A DNA stretch of 64,000 bases from the IMG/VR virus record IMGVR_UViG_3300027758_000008, positions 9,524 through 73,523 of that record; one strand, written 5' to 3'. The notes beneath the pieces are model-generated. The model saw only the letters and a program-made list of their open reading frames with translations, was not told where the DNA came from and made no database searches. Within the stretch, counting starts at the first letter, position 1. Every line of letters starts with the position of its first letter. The stretch comes from a virus. Positions 8,661-17,888 of the stretch are shown here, piece by piece. The position numbers and the translations under genes are program-made.

Positions 8661-9005
8661 TTAACACCCCATCGCTTTCATTGCTTTGTAAGTAATGACC
8701 GCCCTATCTCCATTGCTCCAATTCTTACCAACCTCATTGATGAAACAACTTTCAAGAAAATCCCAATCCTCCAGCAATGCATCCCATTGCTTTGACTTTC
8801 CTTTTAGCTTGCCCATACCTGCTTTCAACTCTGGGATCTCATCAAGCAAAAGTAAGCACCGGTTAAAATCGGCAGGGTCGTGCGGGTGCGCGTAGCAGCA
8901 TTCAATATTAATTATTGCGCAGGCCATAAATTTGCTACTCATCCCTACGCGACCATTCACAAGCCAATGTAAAACTTTTTCTCTAATTTTATTTGTTACT
9001 CTCAT
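8661..9005 (-). CDS. Conserved phage hypothetical protein
   Basis: WLVNGRVGMSS and PHDPADFNRC motifs; GAGG RBS. Confidence 0.75.
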   Translation of the reverse strand: MRVTNKIREKVLHWLVNGRVGMSSKFMACAIINIECCYAHPHDPADFNRCLLLLDEIPELKAGMGKLKGKSKQWDALLEDWDFLESCFINEVGKNWSNGDRAVITYKAMKAMGC

Positions 9006-9043
9006 TTCATCTCTTCCTCCTCAGTTAATAATTAAATTATACG

Positions 9044-9259
9044 TCACCGTTTTGTGGTGTCGATGTCGTCTACCGCACCAGCATGCAGTTCATCGACAGG
9101 TAACCGCCCTTTTGACTTAATCCATACTTGACCGTCTTTGTCGATACAGTCGCCGCGCTTAATCCAGTTGTGCAACTGCGTTTCCGTTCGACCTGTCGCC
9201 TTAGCTGCTGCGTATACGCTGCCGTAAGCTTGTTTGATGTGTTGTGATAGTGGTTTCAT
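9044..9259 (-). CDS. Small HTH-like protein
   Basis: YGSVYAAAKATGRTETQLHNWIKRG. Confidence 0.65.
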   Translation of the reverse strand: MKPLSQHIKQAYGSVYAAAKATGRTETQLHNWIKRGDCIDKDGQVWIKSKGRLPVDELHAGAVDDIDTTKR

Positions 9260-10257
9260 AATTCATACCCATTGCAACTTTCAGAGCAGCCATCATAAGC
9301 AGGCTCCGCCCCTATCATCTTTCTTAAAGACCAAGCATCAAACATTTTTGAATCCCCGATTAACATATCAACTGTTCTATTTCCTCTGAAAAATCTTCTC
9401 TCACCTCCTGGGGCTTTCGTTGTTTTATACTCCTCTTCAAACCACTTGAAAGCCTCAAATCTATCTTCATTCTCTTTTGCTAATAGGAATAATTTTTTAT
9501 CCGATTTCTTCCAGCATGTAGCGCAATTCCCTTCGTGCTCCTCAAGCTCCAAAGTAAAAGGCTGAGACTCCCAGAAAAAATTAACATCCTCTTTCGTCAT
9601 GGGAAACCAGTCGCACATAGGGAAAACAAGGTTGTATTTATTTAATTTTTCGCTGTACTTATTCAACTTTTTTAGTTGATTCTCTGTAAGTATTTCAATC
9701 TTTGGATTGTCGAACAGATGCCTCATTCTTTCTACACCTGAGTTTCTAAAATGCATATCATCAACACCAACCAAAGAAAGAATTGACGCAACCTCATTGC
9801 TACATGCTCTTTTCTTCTCATCAACCCTGAAGCCAAGCGCTTGTTTTGCATTCGTTAAACCTGAACTCTTCCTATAGCTCTCTATGACATGTTCTTTTAG
9901 TCTGTCTGAGCATTGAGGGTAAGATCTGTTTGGGATTCCATTTTTTCTAACATGGGCATGAAATGGATGATTTGGGTCTTTGTACTGATTAATCCTGTAA
10001 GCATTTTCAAAGTTCGTAACTCTATGCGTATTCCCCTTTCCTTTTGGGTTAACTACAGCCTCAAGCCACACTACATTCAATCCAAAATGCTTATCGCACC
10101 TATCAATAAAACTAAGTGTCTCTTCGTTCTCCATTCCTGTGTTAGCAAAAACGCAAATTTGCTCATCATATTCCGACCATTTTGGATCTGTTTTAATTAT
10201 TATCGCTTGGGCCATGGATGATTTTCCGCTGCTGGTGTTCGTTATTATTACTGACAT
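9256..10257 (-). CDS. PAPS-reductase-like (adenine nucleotide alpha hydrolase) protein
   Basis: SSGKSS PP-loop, FANTGMENEET, CSDRLK, GNCATCWKK, C-terminal CSESC. Confidence 0.8.
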   Translation of the reverse strand: MSVIITNTSSGKSSMAQAIIIKTDPKWSEYDEQICVFANTGMENEETLSFIDRCDKHFGLNVVWLEAVVNPKGKGNTHRVTNFENAYRINQYKDPNHPFHAHVRKNGIPNRSYPQCSDRLKEHVIESYRKSSGLTNAKQALGFRVDEKKRACSNEVASILSLVGVDDMHFRNSGVERMRHLFDNPKIEILTENQLKKLNKYSEKLNKYNLVFPMCDWFPMTKEDVNFFWESQPFTLELEEHEGNCATCWKKSDKKLFLLAKENEDRFEAFKWFEEEYKTTKAPGGERRFFRGNRTVDMLIGDSKMFDAWSLRKMIGAEPAYDGCSESCNGYEL

Positions 10258-10283
10258 ATCTTTTCCTACTCAGCGCTAGCGAC

Positions 10284-10454
10284 CTAAGCCGCACCACCAA
10301 AAATATCAACCATATTCTTCATTGCCTCTTTCATTGCGAACTTACTGCATGGCCATGGGGCCGTTGAGCCGTTGCATGTTACAACCCAGTAAGCACCAGA
10401 ATCTTTATATGCAGTAACCTTTACGCCGTTGATTTGTTTTGTGTAAGTTTTCAT
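10284..10454 (-). CDS. Hypothetical protein
   Basis: Start MKTYTK after a GAGGAG RBS; leader shared with 46709..46924. Confidence 0.65.
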   Translation of the reverse strand: MKTYTKQINGVKVTAYKDSGAYWVVTCNGSTAPWPCSKFAMKEAMKNMVDIFGGAA

Positions 10455-10480
10455 TTTGCTTATCTCCTCTAGTTGATGAT

Positions 10481-10666
10481 TCAAGTATGCCCTAATGAAT
10501 TTCGTTTGCAAGTACTTTTCGTTATTATTTTATCTGGTCGTACCACTTCACACTCACACCCTGGAAACCGTTCCCGCAAACTCTGCTCGATGTCGTCGGC
10601 ATCGGATAGCATGGCGAATTGGTATTTTTTGCCTTTGTAGGTCAGTTTTATTTGGTAGGGTTTCAT
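10481..10666 (-). CDS. Hypothetical protein
   Basis: Homolog at 46963..47133; marks the left edge of the replication module. Confidence 0.65.
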   Translation of the reverse strand: MKPYQIKLTYKGKKYQFAMLSDADDIEQSLRERFPGCECEVVRPDKIITKSTCKRNSLGHT

Positions 10667-10674
10667 TTTTAGCC

Positions 10675-11070
10675 TCGTGTAACAGTTTTATTTGTTTAAT
10701 ATCAATAGTTTACGTCATAAAAACGCCGATTGTAACAGTGTGTAACACCTTCTGTTACAGCTACAAGCCGCGCCACATAAGGGATATGGCGTAATCCGTA
10801 ACAATGTAACAATATATAGATAAAGAGTAACTTTTATTATATATGGCATAATATATAGAAATGGGCTATTTATTATATATAGTGTCTATATTTTTGAAAA
10901 ACTGTTACATCGTTACAAAATGACATAAATAATTGATTTATAAAGTAACAGCAAGCGTAACAAAGCGTAACAAAAAACAAAAAGTGTTACGGTATATAAG
11001 AAAGCCCGCATATAAGCGGGCCCTTTAAGTGTTACATCGTAACGGTTACTCAGTAAAAGCGTAACAAGGT
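10675..11070. repeat. Putative replication origin A: many GTAAC(A)/(T)GTTAC repeats around an AT-rich core
   Basis: More than a dozen GTAAC/GTTAC in both orientations, downstream of the primase gene. Confidence 0.65.
10998..11021 (-). terminator. Probable intrinsic terminator after the primase gene
   Basis: GCCCGC-6-GCGGGC then TTTCTT on the minus strand. Confidence 0.6.
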
Positions 11071-13697
11071 AGAACGGTAAATCTCGTCGGGCTTCCTGCA
11101 AATCTAACGACACCTTGGCCTTTTTTTGCGCCATCGATACGCTGCAGAATTCGAGACCAGTTACCTTGCCATGGCGTGTTATAAAGGCTGTGCTCAATCT
11201 CGTTGTGACTGTTACTTATAAGCACGGTGTCTCGCTCAACCTTAACGCCAAACCTTGGCAGTACATCCTTGGCCATACCGCTAGTAATCGATGTCGTGTC
11301 ACTACCAAGCGCAGTGTTAATTAACTCACCAATCGACCTTGTAATAGGACCATTAATTCCATCAATGCGAACTTGGCGCTGCATGATACGACTTAGGCAA
11401 TTCTCCTCGTCACTTACCTGCTCAGCCTCTTGCGCCTCATCAAGGTTTAATTGGTCCACTATTGCTCGAGCCTCATCGATTGAGAATATCTCATCATCTA
11501 TCAGGGCCCAATAACCAGCCAGAAGCGTTCCAACCTGGTCACCGATACGCTGCGAGCCCATTTTCATAGCTACTGCAGTGCTGAACGTTTTAGCGTTCTC
11601 GCGTATAACTGGAATCATGTGATAGGCTCGGGCCCTGATAGACTTGCAGAAGTCATCGCTTAGCGTGTCCATTACCTTTGCTTCAAATGCTCTAAACTTC
11701 TCTATAGATTCACTTGTCTTTTCTGGTTTATTCAATGATACAACCGTGAACCGAGACTCGTCGGCGGCTTGTTTTAAACCCACGTTAATCGAGCCCATCA
11801 GAAACATTGACCGCATTCTAAAAGACATGCCGGCTCCATTAGCTGTGCCTTTCATTATCTCAGCGCCACCATCGAAGCTTGATTGTCTGGCCAGCTCAAT
11901 AACAGACTGAATGCGCCCCATGGCTTGCTGGTTTTCGCTCTCCGCCTCATCAAACATTACTGGTCTTGCGTCGAATTGAACCTTTTGCCTTATACCTGCC
12001 TCAGTGGTGCCGCCCTGGCAGTAAATCATCATCCGGCCTACTAACTTGTCTATAATGTTTTCTTGCGCCCATGACTTACCCGCCCCACGCTGCGCAGTAA
12101 TCCACAGGTGCGGACGCCACGACAGCGCACCACAGATAGGTGCTAATGCTACCCAGCCCATGGTGAACATGGCGTGCTCAGGTCTAACCCAGTTAAGCCC
12201 TTCGAATATGCCTGCTAACTCTTTCCCGTCGTCACTACTAGCCGGCACCGCGTCGAAACCGTTTTCAAAAGCAGATTGCCGTGCGTAGATGTAACGCCCT
12301 CTGTACTCAGTTAGACCGGTGCGCTGGTTGTCTATCATGAGTCTGTCACCCAAATGCAACACGCTCCTTCCGTCGTCGTACCAAGCCCCGCGCCCTCTCT
12401 GGTTGCTAGGGTCGTACACGCCGGCTTGCTCGCACCACCGGTTTACGGCGTCATAGCATGCGTCCCAGTCTATGCCGTTCTTGGTGGGGAACATTGACTC
12501 CCACCACGTAAGCGGGCTCAACTGTAGCAGATGCTGTTTGCGTAGCGAGCCCAGCGACAGCCTGGTTACCTGTTCGGTACGCTTTGGCAGGAAGTAGCCA
12601 TTACCGTCGTTAAACCCTAGCGTGATGAAGTCGAACGTCGCCTCTTCTGGCTCGGGCGCTGCGGTGGCCGGAGCTTTTTCACGCTCTTGCTTCGGCTTGG
12701 TCTCTGCTGGTGGGGTCTCTTGTCGTTGCTGCTTGAGCTCTATCCCCAACTCAGCGGCAGCGGCCTTGAACGCAGCTGATCGATCGTTTCCATGTTCGTA
12801 GTAGCAGAACAGGTCGTAGCTGTTGACGGGGTGCCCGCTTTCGCCGCTGTCTAATGGGTCGCTTGCGTGGTGAATCCAGCAGGTGTCGTTGTCTAGGATG
12901 TGGACGCCAGGTAGTCCTGTCCCGCTATGCGGGCTAAGGTAGCGCCTGCCCTTCTTAGTGTAACCGTATCGCTCTAGTTGCTGCAGTAACGGGTTAGCAC
13001 GCTTGTACGCCTCGACCACCTCGTTAGCCTTGTCTCCTCCATTGGAAGCCTTAGTTTTAGCAGGTTTTGGCCTCTGCTCAGGTTGAGCCCAAGGGCACGC
13101 GTCACGTAGCTGAGGCTTGAACGAGTCCCATGCAGTCCAGATAGATATTAGCCACGCCGGCGGTGTTGGCCAATCTCCCTGTTTTGGTGGCTGCACTATC
13201 CATTTGTACGGCTCTTGGGTCTCAGGGTGAATGCTTGGCGGTAGTACGTCGAAACGCTGCTTGCCTTCGCTGCTGGCTCTTAGCTCGAACACGGTGTAGT
13301 GCTTTTTGGGGTTGTCCTCTAGTGGCCAATTCACTTTACAGTAATTAAGCGCCTGGTCGTCTGGCACACGAAACAACAGACGCAAACCTTTGCTTGCGCC
13401 TTGTATGGTCGGGTATTTATTCAGTTCTTCAAGCGGTATCCCAAACTCGTCCAATATGACCTTGAACGACTCCATGCAATCTATATCTAGACTGCACATA
13501 CGAGACTGTCCTAGTTCCAAACCTATGTTATGGTTTGGGTGGCTGGCAAAGTAGTCTGGCGCGTTTCCGTTCAGTGTGTTGTTGCCCCAGTCCTTTTCGA
13601 TTGGGAGCTTGCTTCGCTCTTGTAGTGGTATTAGAGCGAATTTGTACTTGTTTGCGTAACGTTCAGCGTACCAACTTATCGGTTTAGATGCTGCCAT
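11046..13697 (-). CDS. Bifunctional primase-polymerase fused to a P-loop helicase
   Basis: NIGL...SLDID, VLPPSIHP, Walker A AQRGAGKS, VMFDEAE. Confidence 0.85.
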   Translation of the reverse strand: MAASKPISWYAERYANKYKFALIPLQERSKLPIEKDWGNNTLNGNAPDYFASHPNHNIGLELGQSRMCSLDIDCMESFKVILDEFGIPLEELNKYPTIQGASKGLRLLFRVPDDQALNYCKVNWPLEDNPKKHYTVFELRASSEGKQRFDVLPPSIHPETQEPYKWIVQPPKQGDWPTPPAWLISIWTAWDSFKPQLRDACPWAQPEQRPKPAKTKASNGGDKANEVVEAYKRANPLLQQLERYGYTKKGRRYLSPHSGTGLPGVHILDNDTCWIHHASDPLDSGESGHPVNSYDLFCYYEHGNDRSAAFKAAAAELGIELKQQRQETPPAETKPKQEREKAPATAAPEPEEATFDFITLGFNDGNGYFLPKRTEQVTRLSLGSLRKQHLLQLSPLTWWESMFPTKNGIDWDACYDAVNRWCEQAGVYDPSNQRGRGAWYDDGRSVLHLGDRLMIDNQRTGLTEYRGRYIYARQSAFENGFDAVPASSDDGKELAGIFEGLNWVRPEHAMFTMGWVALAPICGALSWRPHLWITAQRGAGKSWAQENIIDKLVGRMMIYCQGGTTEAGIRQKVQFDARPVMFDEAESENQQAMGRIQSVIELARQSSFDGGAEIMKGTANGAGMSFRMRSMFLMGSINVGLKQAADESRFTVVSLNKPEKTSESIEKFRAFEAKVMDTLSDDFCKSIRARAYHMIPVIRENAKTFSTAVAMKMGSQRIGDQVGTLLAGYWALIDDEIFSIDEARAIVDQLNLDEAQEAEQVSDEENCLSRIMQRQVRIDGINGPITRSIGELINTALGSDTTSITSGMAKDVLPRFGVKVERDTVLISNSHNEIEHSLYNTPWQGNWSRILQRIDGAKKGQGVVRFAGSPTRFTVLPCYAFTE

Positions 13698-13914
13698 CGA
13701 ACAGACCTCCCTGCCATGAATCATCAGTCGTGTCTTGAAATTCGTGGATCTGGTATCCGGTTGGTATTTCGCTATGCTTGATGAATGGTCGATAGCCGTG
13801 CCGCTTGTGTTTTACTACATCGCCACACAACTTGCACTGAATGCAGTAATGCTGCGTGCCGTTTTCGAATGTTCGGCGGGCATATCTCATGCCGCCAATG
13901 TGGTTGCATTTCAT
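13684..13914 (-). CDS. Small Zn-finger-like protein
   Basis: CNH...CKLC. Confidence 0.6.
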   Translation of the reverse strand: MKCNHIGGMRYARRTFENGTQHYCIQCKLCGDVVKHKRHGYRPFIKHSEIPTGYQIHEFQDTTDDSWQGGLFDGSI

Positions 13915-13957
13915 GGTTTACCTCGTAAGGTTGTGGGACGCATCCCGTTGTTAGCGC

Positions 13958-14311
13958 TTATGCGCGGGTTAATAAATCTACAGCATCTTGAGGGCTTCGC
14001 GCAATACCTGCTATCCCTCCATGTTTGTTTACGTGCTCTATAAATTGAATCTGTTCCTTGCTGGCCCTGCCTTTAGGGGCCTTTACTTCTATAGCAAAAA
14101 ACTTCCCTTTATTGGTTATTCCAATCAAATCAGCGGAACCATTGCATAGCCCGCAAGGTATCATTTGTGCGTTTGCTAGCGTCACTGTTCGGTTGTCCTT
14201 GTGTATTACTTGGCCGGTCCAGAATGAGCCTGTTTCATTGCGCCATACGGTGTGACCCAGTTGGCTAATTGCGATCATGATGTTGCGCTGTATCTTGGTC
14301 TCTAAGTTCAT
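13958..14311 (-). CDS. VRR-NUC domain nuclease
   Basis: GSADLIG, FFAIEVK, EQIQF. Confidence 0.85.
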   Translation of the reverse strand: MNLETKIQRNIMIAISQLGHTVWRNETGSFWTGQVIHKDNRTVTLANAQMIPCGLCNGSADLIGITNKGKFFAIEVKAPKGRASKEQIQFIEHVNKHGGIAGIARSPQDAVDLLTRA

Positions 14312-15780
14312 AAACTAGCCTCTATTCTCTTAGCTTCTGCGTAGTCTTTTGGTCCAGGCTTCTTGCCTCCTCTGGCCATATAAACGTTGACTGCCCACCC
14401 ACTGGCATTCTTCATGCCGCGCCGCTTGCCAAGCGCTATCAAGTCACGCAATCCGTTTGCCTGCCCCTGCTCCTGTCGGGCTCGTTTTCGCTCTGCCTGT
14501 ACCGCTGCCATATCTACTTGCTCTAGCTCGCCCTCAACCTCGTTTAACTTGCGCTCTTTCTTCTCTACCGGAGCTCCGCACATTGGGCATGCGTCAACAC
14601 CAGACTTGAACACCGCGTAACACTGCCCGCACTGAGACACATTTACGTCTGGCTCGTCGTCTTTCTTTTTGCGTCTTTTTGGTTCATCTCCTGATAAAGA
14701 CCATTCACGTTTTTCACACGGCAAACCATGTTTAACTATACATCCTGCATGGTCAAGTATGACAGCCGGGTTAGGCTTCTTACGCATAGCCCTGAACACC
14801 ATCTGCAGGTATCGCGCAACAGACTGTGTAGGCCTAAGCAGTATGCAGCATTCAAGTGTACAGTCTCTGCCCACCTGCGCGGACAAATCGAAACCCTCTA
14901 TAACTAGTTCGCAATTACATAAGACCTTGTAGCGACCGTCAGCCAGCCCCATACAGGCATCTTTTATTTCGCCCTCCGTGCTTGTTCCGTCCACGTGTAT
15001 AGCCGGCACGCCTGAATCATTGAAAGCTTGTGCAGTTTGCTTGCTGTGCTTAACGTTTACGCAATAACAGACTGTGCGCAGACCGTTAGCCAATTTTTTC
15101 CAGTGACTAACCGCGTCGCCTACAATTGATGGTTTAGACATAGCGCCGGCTAACTGGTCTTTGTTGTAGTCACCGCCGGCGTTTTTAACGTCTGACAGGT
15201 CAGGGCTAACTGGGGTTGTGTAGGCGACGTAATTGGAAAGCCTACGTTGCTTTATAAGCCATGCAGTTGACTTAGCCTCTATCATTTCGTCAAATAAGTC
15301 ACCTAGCGCTTTACCGTCAAGACGCTTAGGCGTTCCGGTTAGCCCTATAACCAAAGCGCCATTGTCGCGAGCCCAATTAATGACGGTCTCGAACATGTTG
15401 CCTTTAGCCAGATGCGCCTCGTCTATAAACATGATTCGAGGCGGTGCCAGTCTCTCAAGCCTGCTGTAAACAGTACCGATGGTGCCAATCTGGACGGGTA
15501 GCTTTGATTGACGACGTCCACTAGTGATTAGGCCGTGTTCAATCTTGGCAGACCAGAAAGACTTATCGGTCTGACGTAGCAGGTTCTTTCTGTGAACCAA
15601 AAACCAAACGCTTGTATGCGGGTTTTTAGCTTGTGCCTCTTGCGTGATGTAGCCTGCAACCACGGTTTTCCCGAATGCTGGGCTGGCCACGCCCAAAACA
15701 GATTTACACCCTTTGGCCACTGCCGCGCGTAAGTTGTGCACGAATTCAGCCTGGTCCTCATATAGCTGGAATTGGCTCAT
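14308..15780 (-). CDS. Superfamily 2 DEAH helicase with C-terminal Zn finger
   Basis: SPAFGKT, IDEAH, GLTGTP, EGFD, QMVFRAMR, CxxC...CxxC. Confidence 0.9.
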   Translation of the reverse strand: MSQFQLYEDQAEFVHNLRAAVAKGCKSVLGVASPAFGKTVVAGYITQEAQAKNPHTSVWFLVHRKNLLRQTDKSFWSAKIEHGLITSGRRQSKLPVQIGTIGTVYSRLERLAPPRIMFIDEAHLAKGNMFETVINWARDNGALVIGLTGTPKRLDGKALGDLFDEMIEAKSTAWLIKQRRLSNYVAYTTPVSPDLSDVKNAGGDYNKDQLAGAMSKPSIVGDAVSHWKKLANGLRTVCYCVNVKHSKQTAQAFNDSGVPAIHVDGTSTEGEIKDACMGLADGRYKVLCNCELVIEGFDLSAQVGRDCTLECCILLRPTQSVARYLQMVFRAMRKKPNPAVILDHAGCIVKHGLPCEKREWSLSGDEPKRRKKKDDEPDVNVSQCGQCYAVFKSGVDACPMCGAPVEKKERKLNEVEGELEQVDMAAVQAERKRARQEQGQANGLRDLIALGKRRGMKNASGWAVNVYMARGGKKPGPKDYAEAKRIEASL

Positions 15781-15950
15781 TGGTTGGCCTCCAGGTAGTC
15801 AGACAGCTTTTTTACTGTGACGTAACTAGGGTTAGGCGCCTTGCCTGTTTTCACTGCAGATATAAACTGCCGCGTCATTCCTACAGACTTGGCAACAGCG
15901 CTTATATTGCGGTCACTTAGTCTCTGTTTTATTTCATCTAGTGTAAGCAT
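15777..15950 (-). CDS. Cro/XRE-like HTH protein, 57 aa (below the ORF-track cutoff)
   Basis: Hand-translated MLTLDEIKQRLSDRNISAVAKSVGMTRQFISAVKTGKAPNPSYVTVKKLSDYL; ATGA-coupled to the helicase. Confidence 0.8.
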   Translation of the reverse strand: MLTLDEIKQRLSDRNISAVAKSVGMTRQFISAVKTGKAPNPSYVTVKKLSDYLEANQ

Positions 15951-15975
15951 TGTTTAACCTTTTTGTTATTAGGTG

Positions 15976-16004
15976 TTGACACAATAAACCATAAAGCATA
16001 GGAT
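15976..16004 (+). promoter_or_regulatory. Sigma70 promoter TTGACA-17-TAGGAT
   Basis: In the divergent intergenic region; counterpart at 50256..50285. Confidence 0.75.
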
Positions 16005-16053
16005 TACAACCACTGGCTGACTTAGCCAGCAACAACCAAACGGGCTACAGAAC

Positions 16054-16911
16054 ATGATAGACGTTATTGATTACACCCAGCATGAGGGTGAACTGCCAGC
16101 AACATGCGCAGTTATTAACATGCCAAACAGTGCTTATCACACTCACCCGTCAATAAGCAAAAGCGGGTTAGATTTGATAAACCGCAGTATCGCCCACTAT
16201 GAGTACCGCACGCCGTTTGAACTTACGCGGCACATGGAGATAGGCACCGCAATACACGCCGCGCTTTTCGAGCACGAGCGATACAAGTCTGAGTATATTC
16301 TTTTGCCTAACGTGAAAGACCGACGAGCTAGCGAGTACAAGCAGGCTGTGAAAGCCGCAGGCACTAGCGAGTTGGTTTTAGTTGGTCATGAGTCAGACAA
16401 GGTAAACGGCATGTACCAAAGCGTTAGCCTAAACAAAGAAGCTATGAAGCTTCTAAGCGAAGGATACCCTGAGCTGTCAGTGTTTGCCGTATGTCAAGCA
16501 ACCGGATTGCATCTTCGCTGCCGTTTCGACTTCCTAACGCGCGGCGGAGTCGCTGTTGACCTAAAGAAAACGCAAGACGTTCGCTATGACAAGTTCCAGC
16601 GCTCTATAGGGTCTTACCGTTATCACGTACAGGATGCGTTTTACATGTATGTAGCGGCACTTGCCGGAATCAACGTGAAAGAGTTCAAGTTTTTGGCAGT
16701 AGAAGAGCAACCGCCGCACTCCAACAAACTATACACGCTTGATGATGAAGCTAAAGCAGTGGGTCGCCGTGAATTTAACAGGGACTTAACCGCATACGCT
16801 GAATTCAAGAAAGCCGGCGGAATTCCTGCAGGTCTTGTTCAGGAATCAGAGTTAATGAGCCTGCCAGTATGGGCGTTAGACGACGAAGCAGACGCGGAGT
16901 ATCAACTATGA
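16054..16911 (+). CDS. PD-(D/E)xK exonuclease, RecE/ExoVIII-like
   Basis: ISKSGLD, IGTAIH, RCRFD, VDLKKT, YHVQDAFY. Confidence 0.85.
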   Translation: MIDVIDYTQHEGELPATCAVINMPNSAYHTHPSISKSGLDLINRSIAHYEYRTPFELTRHMEIGTAIHAALFEHERYKSEYILLPNVKDRRASEYKQAVKAAGTSELVLVGHESDKVNGMYQSVSLNKEAMKLLSEGYPELSVFAVCQATGLHLRCRFDFLTRGGVAVDLKKTQDVRYDKFQRSIGSYRYHVQDAFYMYVAALAGINVKEFKFLAVEEQPPHSNKLYTLDDEAKAVGRREFNRDLTAYAEFKKAGGIPAGLVQESELMSLPVWALDDEADAEYQL

Positions 16912-17486
16912 ATGATTTAAGTTTCACTATTAAACCAAAGTCTGACCAGTTAAACGCAGATGACCTTATAGCTGGACCTATCACGGTTACCGTTCAGGAT
17001 GTTGTTGTTTATGAGTCCCCAGACCAGCCTGTTAGTGTTGTTATAGGTAACGGCTATCATCCTTACAAGCCTTGTAAATCTATGCGGCGATTGATGATAG
17101 CAGTGTGGGGTAAGCACGACAGCGACTGGATTGGTCAGAGTATGACGCTGTTTAACGATCCGTCTGTTACCTGGGCGGGCGCTGCAGTGGGCGGAATTCG
17201 CATCAGCCACATGACTGGCTTAACCAAGCCTTTCAGCGTTGCGCTGACTGCTACGCGAGGCAAACGCAAGCCTTACACTGTGGAGCCGTTACAGTTGCCG
17301 GCGTACCCTGCTGAGTCGTTCAACAAGAACAAATCGCAATGGGCGCAATTGATTGGTGAAGGCAAGTACACACCACAGCAAATCATTCAAGGTTGCCAGC
17401 AGAAGGGTTTGTTAACCGAAGAAATGAAAACAGAAATTTTAAACATGGCTCAACCGGAGCCGCAAACAGATGATGAGGATATGTAA
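16908..17486 (+). CDS. Conserved phage protein, probable recombination partner of the exonuclease
   Basis: KSDQLNADDL and PCKSMRR motifs; lies between exonuclease and SSB (function inferred from position). Confidence 0.6.
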   Translation: MNDLSFTIKPKSDQLNADDLIAGPITVTVQDVVVYESPDQPVSVVIGNGYHPYKPCKSMRRLMIAVWGKHDSDWIGQSMTLFNDPSVTWAGAAVGGIRISHMTGLTKPFSVALTATRGKRKPYTVEPLQLPAYPAESFNKNKSQWAQLIGEGKYTPQQIIQGCQQKGLLTEEMKTEILNMAQPEPQTDDEDM

Positions 17487-17488
17487 TC

Positions 17489-17797
17489 ATGGCTAAACGA
17501 TTAGTAGTTAAAACAGGCGAGTACACAAACCAGCAAGGTGAGACAAAGGGCGAATACACTAAAATTGGTGTAATTTTAAATAACCAAAACGGCGACTTTA
17601 TTTTGATGGACCCGACCATCAATTTAGCTGGCGTGCTACTTAAACAGAATGCTCTAGCCGCCAAGCAAGGTAAGCAGCAAAGCGACTCTGTTATGGTCAG
17701 CGTATTCGAGGACCAACCTCAACAAAACGCACCGCAGCAACAGCCGCAAGGTGGATACCAGCAACAACCCAGCCCTAGCGGTGGCGCTCCGTTCTAA
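17489..17797 (+). CDS. Putative single-stranded DNA-binding protein
   Basis: Beta-rich N-terminus and Q/G-rich tail ending PF. Confidence 0.6.
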   Translation: MAKRLVVKTGEYTNQQGETKGEYTKIGVILNNQNGDFILMDPTINLAGVLLKQNALAAKQGKQQSDSVMVSVFEDQPQQNAPQQQPQGGYQQQPSPSGGAPF

Positions 17798-17830
17798 TAA
17801 GGCAAGCCGGCTCAACAGGGCCGGCTCCAC

Positions 17831-17866
17831 TGGTCAAACCACCTTGGCGCGTAGAGATGGTATATT
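17831..17866 (+). promoter_or_regulatory. FadR-like box (17831..17841) - 19 nt - extended -10 TGGTATATT
   Basis: Identical at 54886..54921; followed by GGAGG. Confidence 0.75.
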
Positions 17867-17888
17867 GTAGGAAATGGAGGGGGATAAA

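Noticed and set aside
10913-11197. 94-aa minus ORF over the primase end
   Set aside because: Overlaps the primase, terminator and origin repeats.
17805-17826. Hairpin after the SSB gene (also 51615..51630) as a terminator
   Set aside because: GC stem present but no U-tract, so not called.
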